IMG/VR virus record: IMGVR_UViG_3300032227_000993
Strand: one strand, 5' to 3'
Length of the DNA: 64,000 nt
Source of the DNA: a virus
Lineage: Duplodnaviria > Caudoviricetes
Part shown: positions 1 to 10,992 of the stretch, piece by piece
Layout of the letters: every line of letters begins with the position of its first letter
Position numbering within the stretch: position 1 is the stretch's first letter
Program-made: the position numbers and the translations under genes
Notes under the pieces: generated by a model
Database searches by the model: none
Told to the model about the DNA's origin: nothing
What the model saw: only the letters and a program-made list of their open reading frames with translations

Positions 1-2
1 AC

Positions 3-521
3 GCAGTAAACTATGAAAACATCAGTATTGCGTTGGCCAATACACTTAGTGATCAAGGTAAAGGATGGATTTATGCCATGGCATTTGGCAACGGCGGAAG
101 TAGTGTTGACCCTACTGGCGTTATTACCTACTTGCCACCCAACGTGACCGGACAAAATGCCTCACTTTACAACGAAACTTATGCTAAAGTGGTAGATCAA
201 AATTCAGCTTCCAACTTAGATCCAGCAAATAACAACATGACAGTATTACATACCTCTGGTAATGTATATACTGACATTTTAGTAACGTGTCTATTAGACT
301 ACGGCGAGCCGCCAGGCCAACAAGCCTTTGATAATAGCACAAATTTTAACGGTGAATACGTGTTTGATGAGTTAGGTTTGCAGTGTTGGAATGGGTCCGC
401 CACTGATTTATTCCTAATTACCCACGTTATTTTCCACCCTGTGCAAAAGAGTCTAAACCGTCAAATCCAGATAGATTACACTCTCAGAATACAGACTTTA
501 ACTAATTTAAGTACATCATAA
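3..521 (+). CDS. virion structural (baseplate/tail-associated) protein, 5'-truncated
   Basis: Frame is open to the window edge (AVNYENISIALANTLS...); G/N/T-rich, upstream of tail-fibre-like genes. Confidence 0.6.
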   Translation, partial: AVNYENISIALANTLSDQGKGWIYAMAFGNGGSSVDPTGVITYLPPNVTGQNASLYNETYAKVVDQNSASNLDPANNNMTVLHTSGNVYTDILVTCLLDYGEPPGQQAFDNSTNFNGEYVFDELGLQCWNGSATDLFLITHVIFHPVQKSLNRQIQIDYTLRIQTLTNLSTS

Positions 522-543
522 ATATGTGTACATTAAACGGTAA

Positions 544-549
544 TAAATA
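544..549 (+). promoter_or_regulatory. T4-type late promoter core (TAAATA)
   Basis: ATAAATA at 518-524 and 543-549 in the AT-rich gap before structural gene 577; T4 late consensus is TATAAATA. Confidence 0.5.
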
Positions 550-576
550 CAACACTACTAGGACGGAGTAAACCAA

Positions 577-1764
577 ATGTCATACACAATTAATCTAACT
601 AACGGGAATGTTTTTGCAGTAATTCCTGATGGAACTATTAACCAATCAAGTTCACAAACTTTAGTTGGTAAAAATTACGCCGGCTATGGCCAATTCTTGA
701 ATGATAACTTTATTCATCTTTTAGAGTGCGGAGCCAATAGTACTGCTCCTGGCGCACCTTTGACAGGTCAGCTTTGGTTTAATACTACATCCGGTGTACT
801 ACAAGTGTACAACGGCGTTGGTTTTAAATCTTTGGGTGGCGCTGCCGCTGCTTCAAGTGCTCCAACAAATAATGCCGTAGGTGATTTATGGTATGACACC
901 GTAAACGCACAGTTGAATGTTTGGACTGGTACAGCATGGTTACTGGTTGGTCCAGTTTACACAGCAGGCACAGGTGTAACTGGCGCAATTCCAGCTACTA
1001 TTTCTGACAGTAGTGCTGTTAATCATACCGTGGTTGACCTGTATGTAGGTAATGTGTTGGTTGGTATTATTTCTAAAGATTCTTCTTTTACTCCTAGTCC
1101 AGCAATTACAGGATACACAAACATTCTTCCTGGTATCAATTTAGCAGCACCTGGAACTATTGCTAATACTCCGTTGTTCCAAGGCACAGCAACAAGTACA
1201 ACAAGTTTGAATGGCTTGACATCAAGTCAATTTATGCGTTCTGATGCCAACACAGCAACCACAGGTAGTATCACTATTGGTGGCGGCATTATCAACTCAG
1301 CAGGCAATGGCATAAGCAACATTGGCTCGAGTGGTGCTTATTTCAACACAATATTTGCCAAAGCAACATCAGCACAATACGCCGACGTAGCAGAGCGTTT
1401 TGCTATTGACGTTGCGCAACCAGCTGGTACCGTGGTTGAGTTAGGCGGTACAGCAGAAATTACCATTTCTACCGATGAATTGAGCGAAACTGTGTTCGGT
1501 GTGATAAGTACACAAGCAGCATATTTAATGAACAGCGGCGCAGGCGACGACAGCACCCATCCACCAATTGCTATGACAGGTCGTGTTCCAGTTAGAACAA
1601 CAGGAATAGTACGCAAAGGCGACAGATTAGTTTCAGCAGGCAATGGCTTAGCAAGAGCTGCCAAGGCCGGTGAAGCTACAGCATTTAACGTTATTGGTCG
1701 TGCGTTAGCTGATAAAATAGATTCCGGTTTAGGTACTGTAGAAGCTATTGTAACTATTAAATAA
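577..1764 (+). CDS. tail fibre/baseplate protein with C-terminal intramolecular-chaperone (peptidase G2-like) domain
   Basis: N-term LVGKNYAGYGQFLNDNF; WFNT/WYDT repeats; C-term YADVAERF...GTVV...GRVPV...IGRAL. Confidence 0.7.
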   Translation: MSYTINLTNGNVFAVIPDGTINQSSSQTLVGKNYAGYGQFLNDNFIHLLECGANSTAPGAPLTGQLWFNTTSGVLQVYNGVGFKSLGGAAAASSAPTNNAVGDLWYDTVNAQLNVWTGTAWLLVGPVYTAGTGVTGAIPATISDSSAVNHTVVDLYVGNVLVGIISKDSSFTPSPAITGYTNILPGINLAAPGTIANTPLFQGTATSTTSLNGLTSSQFMRSDANTATTGSITIGGGIINSAGNGISNIGSSGAYFNTIFAKATSAQYADVAERFAIDVAQPAGTVVELGGTAEITISTDELSETVFGVISTQAAYLMNSGAGDDSTHPPIAMTGRVPVRTTGIVRKGDRLVSAGNGLARAAKAGEATAFNVIGRALADKIDSGLGTVEAIVTIK

Positions 1765-1779
1765 TTACAGGAAAAAACA

Positions 1780-2727
1780 ATGACATATTCAGTAGGCGGA
1801 ACAATTCAAGCAACAGACTATAATGGTTTTGTTAGCACCAACGCAGCAAACGTAAACGCAACGTTGACATCATATGGCCAGACAACACTTTCAACAGTGG
1901 CAGCAGCAGCCACAGTCACAGCGACACAATGGGCTACATTAAATGGTAACGTTTCTACTCTGGCAAGCCACCAGGGTACAGTGATTACTTCACGTACCAA
2001 TCCAGTAGCAGGTAATGTTATTACTGTTTTATCAAATCTTGGTACTGACATCACAAGCCTTAATACCAATTTGTACAACGCCAACGTTACTGGCCCACAA
2101 TACACAGCATGGACCGGTACATCCAGTAAAACTACTTCTACAGGATCAGGTGGCTCAGCGTGGACCATCACCTTTACTCAAACAGTGACCTTTGCCAATA
2201 CAACAGCGGCCACTAATTTCTTCAATGCCGGCGGCCTAATTAAAGTACAATTTAGCAAAACATCCACAGGCACCACAGAAGATACAGCATGGAATACATT
2301 TATTAACACAGTTAACGGAGCAGTATTCCTAAGTTCTACTGCTGCTAGTAAAACAATCGCTGGTACTGCCTACACAGGTACTACTAAAGTTGGTGGGTCA
2401 GGCACACCGGCTGTGTTAGCAACAGGCACAGGCTATTTCCAATTGACCGGTACACCAGTGACAATTTACAGACAGTTTGACGCAGGCGCTGCCTATTCAG
2501 GCAACTATGTTCAAGTCAATGCCAGTGTTTCTGGCGCAGTAATTACACTTACTACTTCTTGGGTCAACACCGGAGCTGCAGTCAGTGCAGTAATTTCTGG
2601 AGGTACAGCAACAACAGGTATTACATTTGGCACAGCACCAGCCACAGTTGTCACTTACTTCCCACCAGAAACAACATACCTAACAAACTCATGGGGTACT
2701 CCTACTGTAGCAGCATCAGTGACCTAA
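1780..2727 (+). CDS. Thr/Gly-rich virion structural protein (tail fibre-like)
   Basis: Very T/G/A/S-rich beta-type composition; follows 577-1764. Confidence 0.6.
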   Translation: MTYSVGGTIQATDYNGFVSTNAANVNATLTSYGQTTLSTVAAAATVTATQWATLNGNVSTLASHQGTVITSRTNPVAGNVITVLSNLGTDITSLNTNLYNANVTGPQYTAWTGTSSKTTSTGSGGSAWTITFTQTVTFANTTAATNFFNAGGLIKVQFSKTSTGTTEDTAWNTFINTVNGAVFLSSTAASKTIAGTAYTGTTKVGGSGTPAVLATGTGYFQLTGTPVTIYRQFDAGAAYSGNYVQVNASVSGAVITLTTSWVNTGAAVSAVISGGTATTGITFGTAPATVVTYFPPETTYLTNSWGTPTVAASVT

Positions 2728-2747
2728 TAACCCAATTTAGTTTTACC

Positions 2748-2768
2748 AAAAGCCCCGCAAGGGGCTTT
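2748..2768 (+). terminator. Rho-independent terminator
   Basis: AAAGCCCC-GCAA-GGGGCTTT hairpin followed by T-rich tract. Confidence 0.8.
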
Positions 2769-2794
2769 ACTTTATCCGCTTTTTGTAGTAAACT
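2766..2794 (+). promoter_or_regulatory. sigma70-type promoter
   Basis: TTTACT-N17-TAAACT; ATG 6 nt after -10. Confidence 0.55.
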
Positions 2795-2800
2795 AAACCT

Positions 2801-3106
2801 ATGAATACTGAAAACATCGTAGCACACGCTCGTGCCCGTTTTGATCACGCGGCAGCCAAGCGAACACTCAAGGAAAAATATCAAGGAAAGTTGACATTTG
2901 CTCACGCTGGCGGTATGTGGCTGGCAGGTCCTGAACTACTTGCTACCTTGGCTGCCTGTACCGGTCCCACTGCTGTCGTACTTGACTTGTATGATACTCC
3001 TATTAAAATTATCCCCAACGAGTTCCGCGACATTGTAAGATCTCACTGGCAAGAACAAATGAATGCCTGGTTAGTTGAACACGATGAACTTAATAAGAAC
3101 AGATGA
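2801..3106 (+). CDS. hypothetical protein
   Basis: 101-aa ORF, ATGA-coupled to the next gene. Confidence 0.7.
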   Translation: MNTENIVAHARARFDHAAAKRTLKEKYQGKLTFAHAGGMWLAGPELLATLAACTGPTAVVLDLYDTPIKIIPNEFRDIVRSHWQEQMNAWLVEHDELNKNR

Positions 3107-3903
3107 CAACCGGCGTTCTAATTTTTGCTTACAATAACGAGCACATAGATTATCTTGCCATGGCCGCTTGGTCAGCAAAAAATATTCGCCGTCATCTCAA
3201 CTTGCCTGTTGCTGTTGTAACAAATTGTGCTGTACCTAAAGATTATCGCTTTGAACAGGTTATCATAGCACAAACTGATAGTGTGTACAGTCGCAAGTTT
3301 GAAGATATCGAGGAGTCTGTAACCTGGTACAATGCCAATCGCGTTGACGCATACAGTTTATCACCGTGGAGTCAGACATTGGTATTAGATGCTGATTATG
3401 TAGTGGCAAGCAGTGAACTTAGAAAAGTATTAGAAATTAAAAAAAATTTTGTAGCACACAACGCTGCATATGATGTTACTAATCAGCCTAACTTTAGCGA
3501 ACACAATTACTTTGGCCGCAATCGTATGCCCATGTGGTGGGCAACGGTAATGATGTTCCGTCGTAGTCGAGAAGCTGAAATGATATTTAGATGTATGACA
3601 ATGATCAAAGAAAACTGGGATCACTACCGCGGGCTGTATGGAGTAAGCCAGCGTACCTATCGAAATGATTATGCTTTGAGTATTGCCCTTGGCATTGTTG
3701 ATGGCCACACACAGACATATCCTGGTATTCCTTGGAACTTGGCATCTGTATCGCACTCGCATAAACTTTATCAGCTTGACACAGACAAATATCGCGTAGA
3801 GTTTCTAACACAAGATAATAAATCTCGATACATTACACTTGATCAAGATTTCCATGCCATGGGCAAAGCACATTTAGGAGCAATCGTTGACAATCCTCGC
3901 TGA
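3103..3903 (+). CDS. nucleotide-diphospho-sugar transferase-like (GT-A) protein
   Basis: Hydrophobic first strand, VLDADY DxD motif, RNDYALSIAL; paralogous to the next gene. Confidence 0.55.
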   Translation: MTTGVLIFAYNNEHIDYLAMAAWSAKNIRRHLNLPVAVVTNCAVPKDYRFEQVIIAQTDSVYSRKFEDIEESVTWYNANRVDAYSLSPWSQTLVLDADYVVASSELRKVLEIKKNFVAHNAAYDVTNQPNFSEHNYFGRNRMPMWWATVMMFRRSREAEMIFRCMTMIKENWDHYRGLYGVSQRTYRNDYALSIALGIVDGHTQTYPGIPWNLASVSHSHKLYQLDTDKYRVEFLTQDNKSRYITLDQDFHAMGKAHLGAIVDNPR

Positions 3904-4663
3904 ACGCGGTTATCTCATACCTGCCATTGATTCTGAATCTACAGATTATTTGAGTTGTGCTGTACAACTGGCCCAGTCTATTAGACAATGGCATCCTGCG
4001 GCCAACATTGCTGTTGTATCTGTAAAAAGATGTAGTGATCCAGTATTTGATCATGTGATTCCCTTGCCATATGGCGACTTGGGCGGGTATGCCAATGACT
4101 GGCAATGTTTTGCCGCTACCCCTTACCGTGAAACTGTTAAATTAGAAGCTGACATGATTTGTGCCAGTCCCATTGATCATTGGTGGAAATTGTTTGAACA
4201 TCGCGATGTAGTTATTAGCAAGGGCTGTAGAGATTTCTACAATCAACCCGGAACTTCAAGACAATATCGTCAGATATTTGATAATAATAATTTACCTGAT
4301 GTGTACAACGGGATTACTTACTGGAGACGTAGTCAAACTGCCAAAGAATTTTTTGATTTGGTGCGTGATATTTTTGAACGTTGGAACGATTACAAAACTT
4401 TACTAAAATTTCCTGATCAATATCCAACCACCGATGTAGTGTATGCCATGGCAGCAGTTATCATGGGCGAAGAACAAGTGACATTGCCGCAAGGATTTGG
4501 CCCCACTATGGTTCATATGAAAAAAGGTATGATACCTACAAGTTCAGAAAACTGGACCGAGGAATTGGTATGGGAACACACAAAACCTGGACTACGAATC
4601 AACACCGTAGCACAATGGGGACTTGTACACTACCACATTAAAGATTGGAATTTGCATGAATGA
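3887..4663 (+). CDS. GT-A-like glycosyltransferase paralogue
   Basis: KLEADM, VYNGITYW, TDVVYAMA resemble the preceding ORF and GT8-like folds. Confidence 0.55.
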   Translation: MTILAERGYLIPAIDSESTDYLSCAVQLAQSIRQWHPAANIAVVSVKRCSDPVFDHVIPLPYGDLGGYANDWQCFAATPYRETVKLEADMICASPIDHWWKLFEHRDVVISKGCRDFYNQPGTSRQYRQIFDNNNLPDVYNGITYWRRSQTAKEFFDLVRDIFERWNDYKTLLKFPDQYPTTDVVYAMAAVIMGEEQVTLPQGFGPTMVHMKKGMIPTSSENWTEELVWEHTKPGLRINTVAQWGLVHYHIKDWNLHE

Positions 4664-4976
4664 GCAAGAATTCTGGGCCGCACTGGCCCCGCTACCGGAA
4701 CCTACTCCACCTACATATCGTTTGTATTACAACGACTTAGGCGAGCCGTTATTTTACTCTATGGAAGATGTATCAGGTAAGTATATTGAGATCGACCACG
4801 CAACATACAGTAATCCGCCCACTCACGTGAGAGTAATAGACGGAAAGCTCGTAATATTAAAAACAAATTTTGTAACAAAACTAACTCCAGCGCCAACAGG
4901 TACACCGTGCGATCCTTTAGATGTTAGCATAGTAGTAGATGTTACAGAACCTCACACAAACTGGATTTTAAAATGA
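4656..4976 (+). CDS. hypothetical protein
   Basis: Coupled ORF; likely start at MNEQEF (ATG overlapping the previous stop). Confidence 0.65.
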   Translation: MNEQEFWAALAPLPEPTPPTYRLYYNDLGEPLFYSMEDVSGKYIEIDHATYSNPPTHVRVIDGKLVILKTNFVTKLTPAPTGTPCDPLDVSIVVDVTEPHTNWILK

Positions 4977-5896
4977 AAATAGACATAGCAGACTTGGATT
5001 GTATATATCTTTCCTATGACGAACCTAACAAAGAAGAAAACTGGGTAAAAATTAAGAACATGGTGCCTTGGGCTGTACGTGTTGACGGAGTCAAAGGAAG
5101 CGACGCCGCGCACAAGGCCGCCGCCGATGCTGCTTCAACAGATCGTTTTATTTTAATCGACGGCGACAATATCCCCGACGATAAGTTTTTTAATTTAACA
5201 TTGGATTTACAAGAACGCGATGTAGATTGTGTATTCCGTTGGAGAGCCAAAAATTACATCAACGGCCTCATGTACGGCAACGGAGGCTTGAGCTGTTGGA
5301 CCAAAGAATTTATTTACAGCATGAAGACACACGAAAATACAGATGGCTCTGCTGAAAATGATGTGGAATTTTGTTTTTATCCCAACTACATTGCCATGTA
5401 CGATTGTTATTCTACCACTTATCCCAACACTACACCTTTCCAGGCTTGGCGTGCCGGCTTCCGTGAAGGTGTTAAAATGTGTTTGAACAAAGGCACTCGA
5501 CCCACACTACAAGACTTTAAAGATCGTGTTCATCATCGTAATCTTGATCATCTTACTGTCTGGCAAAATGTAGGTCGTGATGTAGAAAATGGAATTTGGG
5601 CCATGCTTGGTGCTCGTATGGGCACCTACATGACAATGATTACTCCTGAGTGGGATTATCGACAAGTACAAAACTTTGACACACTACAAGACTTGTATGC
5701 CAGTATTGACGGACATGACCCTGAAATTATTGCCGCTCGTATCGCTGAAGATTTGTCTACCCAACTTGATTTGCCTATTACTATGATGTATGACAATGAA
5801 AGCAAGTTTTTCAAACACCATTATCGTAGCAACTGGCATAATCAAGGTGTGATGATTCGCGAGTTAGATGTCATCCGTAGTCAAGAAGGCTGGTAA
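4973..5896 (+). CDS. glycosyltransferase family 2-like protein
   Basis: YLSYDEP, LIDGDN DxD motif, YGNGGL, AWRAGFREGVK; similar to the C-terminus of 19711-21900. Confidence 0.6.
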   Translation: MKIDIADLDCIYLSYDEPNKEENWVKIKNMVPWAVRVDGVKGSDAAHKAAADAASTDRFILIDGDNIPDDKFFNLTLDLQERDVDCVFRWRAKNYINGLMYGNGGLSCWTKEFIYSMKTHENTDGSAENDVEFCFYPNYIAMYDCYSTTYPNTTPFQAWRAGFREGVKMCLNKGTRPTLQDFKDRVHHRNLDHLTVWQNVGRDVENGIWAMLGARMGTYMTMITPEWDYRQVQNFDTLQDLYASIDGHDPEIIAARIAEDLSTQLDLPITMMYDNESKFFKHHYRSNWHNQGVMIRELDVIRSQEGW

Positions 5897-7281
5897 TGAC
5901 AAAAAGTGTATTCCTAACAGCTGCTGAACAGATGAAAGAGGACTTAGGTCCTGCTCTTTGTCTTGCTAAGTGGAAACAAGTAAGTCTACACTTACCTACA
6001 GGACTCAACAACTCCTGCTACCATCCGCCACTACACCAAATACCCAAGGAACTGTTAGCTGACAATCCGTCAGCACTACACAATACACCGCACAAAAAAG
6101 AGCAACGCAAAATTATGCTCAAGCAAGAGCGACCAACAGAATGCAGCTATTGTTGGACACAAGAGGACATGGGCAATCTGTCCGACCGTCACTATCGCTC
6201 AGGTGAGCCATGGGCCGCCATGGACTTTGAAGCAATAAAAAACTCTACTGGAGATGAAAATGTTATACCTAGTTATGTGGAAGTTAATTTTAATCATGCT
6301 TGTAACTTATCTTGTAGCTATTGTAGCCCGCAATTTAGTTCATCATGGCAGGCAGAAGTCGATAAGCTGGGAGGTTTTCCTACCTCAACTGTTCATAATG
6401 ATCCTACTCATTTTGTTGGATCTCGTCGTCCTATTCCAGCTAGGGAAGAGAATCCTTACGTAGACGCATTTTGGGCCTGGTGGCCTGAACTGTATCCAAA
6501 ACTAAAACACTTCCGCATGACCGGAGGTGAGCCTATGCTAGACAAAAATACCTATCGAGTATTTGATTACGTGTTGGCACTACCTAAGAACGATTTACAT
6601 TTAAATGTAACCAGTAATTTTTCTGTAGAAGATCAACTATTTGAAAAGTATCTTGGTTATGTCAAGCGTTTATGCGATACACAGATAGAACACTTTATGC
6701 AGTATGTAAGCGTCGACTCAGGTATTCCTAGCCACGCCGAATACATACGCCACGGACTGACATATTCTACCATGATTACTTCTGTACACAAGTATTTAAG
6801 AGAAGTGCCTAATCGTAATAGTCTTACATTTATTATTACAATGAATAATTTAAGCGTATTAGGTTTACGTAAACAGCTAGAAGGAATATTACACTTACGT
6901 CAAACATACAGCAAAACATACCAACGTGTTTGGTTTGATACACCGCTACTACGCCAACCAGCTTGGCAAAGTATCCAACTACTACCACCTTCATACATAG
7001 CCATACTTGAGGAAACTGCTGACTGGATGGAGCAGCATTTAGAAACCGCAGAGGATCCACTACACGGATTTAAGGACTACGAAGTACAGCGCCTACGCCG
7101 TGACATAGATTGGGCCAAGGAAGGCAGTAATCTTGACCCGGACTATGTTAAACTACAAAAAGCAGATTTTTATCGTTTCTTTGCGGAACACGATCGCCGC
7201 CGCAACACAAATTTTCTAAATACCTTTCCTGAGATGGCAGCCTGGTGGACAGAATGTGAATATCATGCCAAACAACTTTGA
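5896..7281 (+). CDS. radical SAM protein with N-terminal twitch/SPASM-like domain
   Basis: N-term CLAKW..SCYH..CSYCW; core CNLSCSYC and TGGEP. Confidence 0.9.
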   Translation: MTKSVFLTAAEQMKEDLGPALCLAKWKQVSLHLPTGLNNSCYHPPLHQIPKELLADNPSALHNTPHKKEQRKIMLKQERPTECSYCWTQEDMGNLSDRHYRSGEPWAAMDFEAIKNSTGDENVIPSYVEVNFNHACNLSCSYCSPQFSSSWQAEVDKLGGFPTSTVHNDPTHFVGSRRPIPAREENPYVDAFWAWWPELYPKLKHFRMTGGEPMLDKNTYRVFDYVLALPKNDLHLNVTSNFSVEDQLFEKYLGYVKRLCDTQIEHFMQYVSVDSGIPSHAEYIRHGLTYSTMITSVHKYLREVPNRNSLTFIITMNNLSVLGLRKQLEGILHLRQTYSKTYQRVWFDTPLLRQPAWQSIQLLPPSYIAILEETADWMEQHLETAEDPLHGFKDYEVQRLRRDIDWAKEGSNLDPDYVKLQKADFYRFFAEHDRRRNTNFLNTFPEMAAWWTECEYHAKQL

Positions 7282-8428
7282 ATTAATACTCGATGTAGAA
7301 TGTGAAGTTTATGCGCAACTCAATCCGTATGCCGACGATGAGTTTCGTGATTTTTCACGACAAGAAATTGTACCTGGTGCGGTGTATGTAATTGGAAGAA
7401 TCCAATCAGCAATACACATTGATAAAATTAAACATCTAGCCGAGTCGGGTCAAGCTATCATTGTGTTTAGTAATCCTGCCGAGGGATCAGAAACTATTGC
7501 CTCGGCAGTGGCAAGGTTAGGCCTGATGCCATTGATTGAAGCTAAAAAAGTTTTATTATTAGGCGGCGGCGATATGGAAGAAAAATATCCTTACTATCGT
7601 TATGATTGTTTTTTAGTAAAAATACTTGATTACCTAAGTAATAAAAAAGCAATGAAGCGCACACATGAGATATTTGAAAAAAAAGATAAACCCTACAAGT
7701 TTTTATTTTTAAATGGCCGTACTAGACCTAATCGCAAGTACTTGTTAGAGAAATTCCGATTAAGTGGATTGTTAGATCAAAGTTTGTGGACCAATTTACA
7801 ATCCAGCTCGGCAGATAACAGATACATTACTCTTACCGATGAAACCACAGGCAAAGATTTAATGTATCCTAGTTTTCCTTACAAGTTATTGCCTAAAGAA
7901 TACGAAATAGCTGAATTTCAAAACAATATCGATACAACATTTCCTAGTGATGTAGGACAATTTATTAAGCCAAACTTGTTTAATAACGAATGGGGAGAAG
8001 TACACCTTAAACCCGAAGTCTACATTGATACTTATTTTAGTTTAGTAACAGAAACAGTATTCACATACCCCTATAGTTTTAGAACAGAGAAAATTGCTAA
8101 ACCATTGGCAATAGGACATCCTTGGATTGTGGCAGCCAATACCGGTTATTATCGTGATATGCGTAACTTAGGATTTAAGACGTTCGGGCATCTTATTGAT
8201 GAAGGTTTTGATGAAATAGTTAACGATCAAGATCGTATTCATCGCATTTGGCAAGTAACCGAGGACTTGTGCAAGCAAGACTTACCTGCTTTCTTAGCCG
8301 CTGCAGAAGAAGTGTGTAAATACAATCAACAACATCTCAAAGAACTACGCAGTAACATTATTCGTGATTTTCCTGAAGAATTTGTACAATTTTTAACAAA
8401 ACATATCAATGAACGATCTAGAATTTAA
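7256..8428 (+). CDS. hypothetical glycosyltransferase-like protein
   Basis: YFSLVTETVF..TEKIAKP..GFKTFGHLIDEGFD motif shared with 18588-19712. Confidence 0.5.
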   Translation: MNIMPNNFELILDVECEVYAQLNPYADDEFRDFSRQEIVPGAVYVIGRIQSAIHIDKIKHLAESGQAIIVFSNPAEGSETIASAVARLGLMPLIEAKKVLLLGGGDMEEKYPYYRYDCFLVKILDYLSNKKAMKRTHEIFEKKDKPYKFLFLNGRTRPNRKYLLEKFRLSGLLDQSLWTNLQSSSADNRYITLTDETTGKDLMYPSFPYKLLPKEYEIAEFQNNIDTTFPSDVGQFIKPNLFNNEWGEVHLKPEVYIDTYFSLVTETVFTYPYSFRTEKIAKPLAIGHPWIVAANTGYYRDMRNLGFKTFGHLIDEGFDEIVNDQDRIHRIWQVTEDLCKQDLPAFLAAAEEVCKYNQQHLKELRSNIIRDFPEEFVQFLTKHINERSRI

Positions 8429-9752
8429 AAAACAAGTATTAGACAACAAGTCTGCAAGTTTCTGTGCCGCTAAATGGTACAATGCTACCATATGGCTGGG
8501 CTCGGGCATGAGTACTTCTTGTCATCACCCGCCGGCTCACAAGATTGACACCGCAGAACTTGCAATCAATCCCAAGGCAATACATAATACTCAACAGAAA
8601 AAAGATGATCGGCGACTAATGTTGGCCGGCGAACGTCCTCGTGGATGCGAGTACTGCTGGAAGATAGAGGACATGGGAGTAGATGCCATATCCGACCGTG
8701 TTTACAAAAGTAAAATTTATCCTATTGAGGCATTAGATGAAGCATACACCACACCATACCAAGATGACGTTGACCTCAAAACCCTTGAAATCGCATTTGA
8801 CCGCACTTGTCAGTTTGCCTGTAGTTACTGTAATCCAGCGTTCTCTAGTACTTGGGTTAAAGACATTAGGAATAATGGTGCTTATACCAATCTTGTCAGT
8901 GACGGCCGTAATCACTTTACTCACGCTCATGATAGCAGTCAGCTATACACCTTTGGAGAAACTAATCCTTACACTGAAGCGTTCTTCAAGTGGTGGGAGT
9001 CGGACCTCCACAAGACGCTCCAAGAATTAAGAATTACTGGTGGCGAGCCAACCATGAGTGGCGAGTTATGGAAGTTAATTGATTGGTTTAGAGAAAACAA
9101 AGGAAAATCACAAACCAAGCTGGCCATTAACAGCAACCTTGGCATGGATAGACTAAAGCTATTAGACTTTGCTGAACGCATACGCGATTTACCGCACGTA
9201 GAAATTTATACCTCTAACGAAGCCACATTTACTCAGGCTGAATACATTCGTGACGGTTTAGATTACAATTTATGGATGCACAACGCACAAGAATTATTAG
9301 AAAGCGGCAGTATCAAAGCATTACACGTGATGTGTACTATCAATGCGTTGAGTCTTTGTTCATTGACTGAATTTTTAGACCATTTAATTGAAATGAAGGA
9401 AATGTATGGCAAAGAACGTGTTAGTTTTACACTAAATATTTTACGCTTTCCAAGTTTTCAATCACCGTTGGTATTATCTAAAACATTACGCAAAACATAC
9501 GAGTTAGATTTGAGCGTATGGATTGGTCGTAATCGTGATAATCCTTTGATACACGAACACGAATTGAATCACGCATTGCGTCTACGTGATTATCTTGCTA
9601 TGGTTGAGACTCCACATTCTGAAGCGTTTGAAATGCCAAAATTATTAAATGATTTCAAACAGTTCTACACACAATACGACGAACGTAGAAATAAAAATTT
9701 TACAACAACATTTCCCTTATTAGCAGATTGGTACAATGACATACGAGTATAA
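8409..9752 (+). CDS. radical SAM protein, N-terminal twitch type
   Basis: FCAAKW..SCHH..CEYCW; CQFACSYC; TGGEP. Confidence 0.9.
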   Translation: MNDLEFKKQVLDNKSASFCAAKWYNATIWLGSGMSTSCHHPPAHKIDTAELAINPKAIHNTQQKKDDRRLMLAGERPRGCEYCWKIEDMGVDAISDRVYKSKIYPIEALDEAYTTPYQDDVDLKTLEIAFDRTCQFACSYCNPAFSSTWVKDIRNNGAYTNLVSDGRNHFTHAHDSSQLYTFGETNPYTEAFFKWWESDLHKTLQELRITGGEPTMSGELWKLIDWFRENKGKSQTKLAINSNLGMDRLKLLDFAERIRDLPHVEIYTSNEATFTQAEYIRDGLDYNLWMHNAQELLESGSIKALHVMCTINALSLCSLTEFLDHLIEMKEMYGKERVSFTLNILRFPSFQSPLVLSKTLRKTYELDLSVWIGRNRDNPLIHEHELNHALRLRDYLAMVETPHSEAFEMPKLLNDFKQFYTQYDERRNKNFTTTFPLLADWYNDIRV

Positions 9753-10992
9753 CTCAACAGATCTAGTTAGGCCAACTGAGCTTACAGAACGTGAAGAATT
9801 TTTATTAAAAGATTCTAAAACATTTTGTATCTATCCTTGGATACATTTACACGCTTACCCAACCGGCGAAGCATATCCGTGCTGTCATGCAGAAATGGCA
9901 TACCCTGTGGGCAACTGCCGCCATAAAACACTTGAGGAAATTTATTACGATGCTCCCATGCGTGAATTGCGTAAAGATATGCTTGCTGAAAGAATGAATC
10001 CAGCCTGCGGACGTTGTTACGAGCAAGAAGAGTCTGGGTTCTTCTCAGGACGCAAGAGTGCCAACAAGCATCATGGTCATCATATTAAACGCATAGATGA
10101 TGGCAAGTTCCAGATGAGCTACTGGGATGTTCGCTTCAGTAATCTATGTAATCTAAGCTGCCGCTCGTGCGGTCATATCTTTAGTAGTAGCTGGTATCAA
10201 GACCAAGCGGCTCTAGCTGGGCCCAGCTGGACAGAAAACAATAAAGCACTCAATATTGCTGGGCGCAACAAGGACGATATGTGGGAACAATTACTGCCGC
10301 ATATTGACTATGTAGAACAGATTTACTTTGCCGGTGGCGAGCCCCTAATGATGGAGGAACACTACCGCATACTTGACGAACTTGAACGGCGCGGTCGTTT
10401 TGATGTGCGCTTAATCTACAACACCAACTTTACACAAACTAAACTTAAAGATCGTGTGGTGTTTGACTACTGGCGCAAGTTTGACTCTGTGGCAGTAGGC
10501 GCAAGTCTTGACGCTATGGGTCCACGTGCTGAATACATACGCAAAGGCACAGACTGGGCAACAGTAGAATACAACCGCGAACAGATGATGGCAATTTGTC
10601 CCAAAGTAGATTTTTACATTAGTCCTACACTTAGCATTATGAACGCACTACACTTGCCTAGCTTTCATAAAACCTGGGTAGAAAAAGGTTACATCAAGCC
10701 ACAAGACTTAAATGTAAACATACTACAAGACCCAGCCTACTTGCGTATTGACATTGCTCCTATCAAGTACAAACAACGTATTCGGCAGGCATACATAGAG
10801 CATCTAGAGTGGTTACGTCCATTGGATCCGCTTAACCGTGCTACTGTAGGATTTGAAAGTGCTATCAATTTTATGATGGCTACTGACAATACAGCATTGA
10901 TCCCCCAATTTTGGAGCAAGACGCTAGAGCTTGATAAAATTAGAGGCGAGCAATTACTCCAAGTTATTCCTGAACTAGAGGCGCTGTCTTGA
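9736..10992 (+). CDS. radical SAM protein, N-terminal twitch type
   Basis: FCIYPW..PCCH..CGRC; CNLSCRSC; AGGEP. Confidence 0.9.
   Translation: MTYEYNSTDLVRPTELTEREEFLLKDSKTFCIYPWIHLHAYPTGEAYPCCHAEMAYPVGNCRHKTLEEIYYDAPMRELRKDMLAERMNPACGRCYEQEESGFFSGRKSANKHHGHHIKRIDDGKFQMSYWDVRFSNLCNLSCRSCGHIFSSSWYQDQAALAGPSWTENNKALNIAGRNKDDMWEQLLPHIDYVEQIYFAGGEPLMMEEHYRILDELERRGRFDVRLIYNTNFTQTKLKDRVVFDYWRKFDSVAVGASLDAMGPRAEYIRKGTDWATVEYNREQMMAICPKVDFYISPTLSIMNALHLPSFHKTWVEKGYIKPQDLNVNILQDPAYLRIDIAPIKYKQRIRQAYIEHLEWLRPLDPLNRATVGFESAINFMMATDNTALIPQFWSKTLELDKIRGEQLLQVIPELEALS

Noticed and set aside
1338-2171. Minus-strand ORFs 1338-1664 and 1818-2171
   Set aside because: Antisense shadows of the tail genes; no RBS or motifs.
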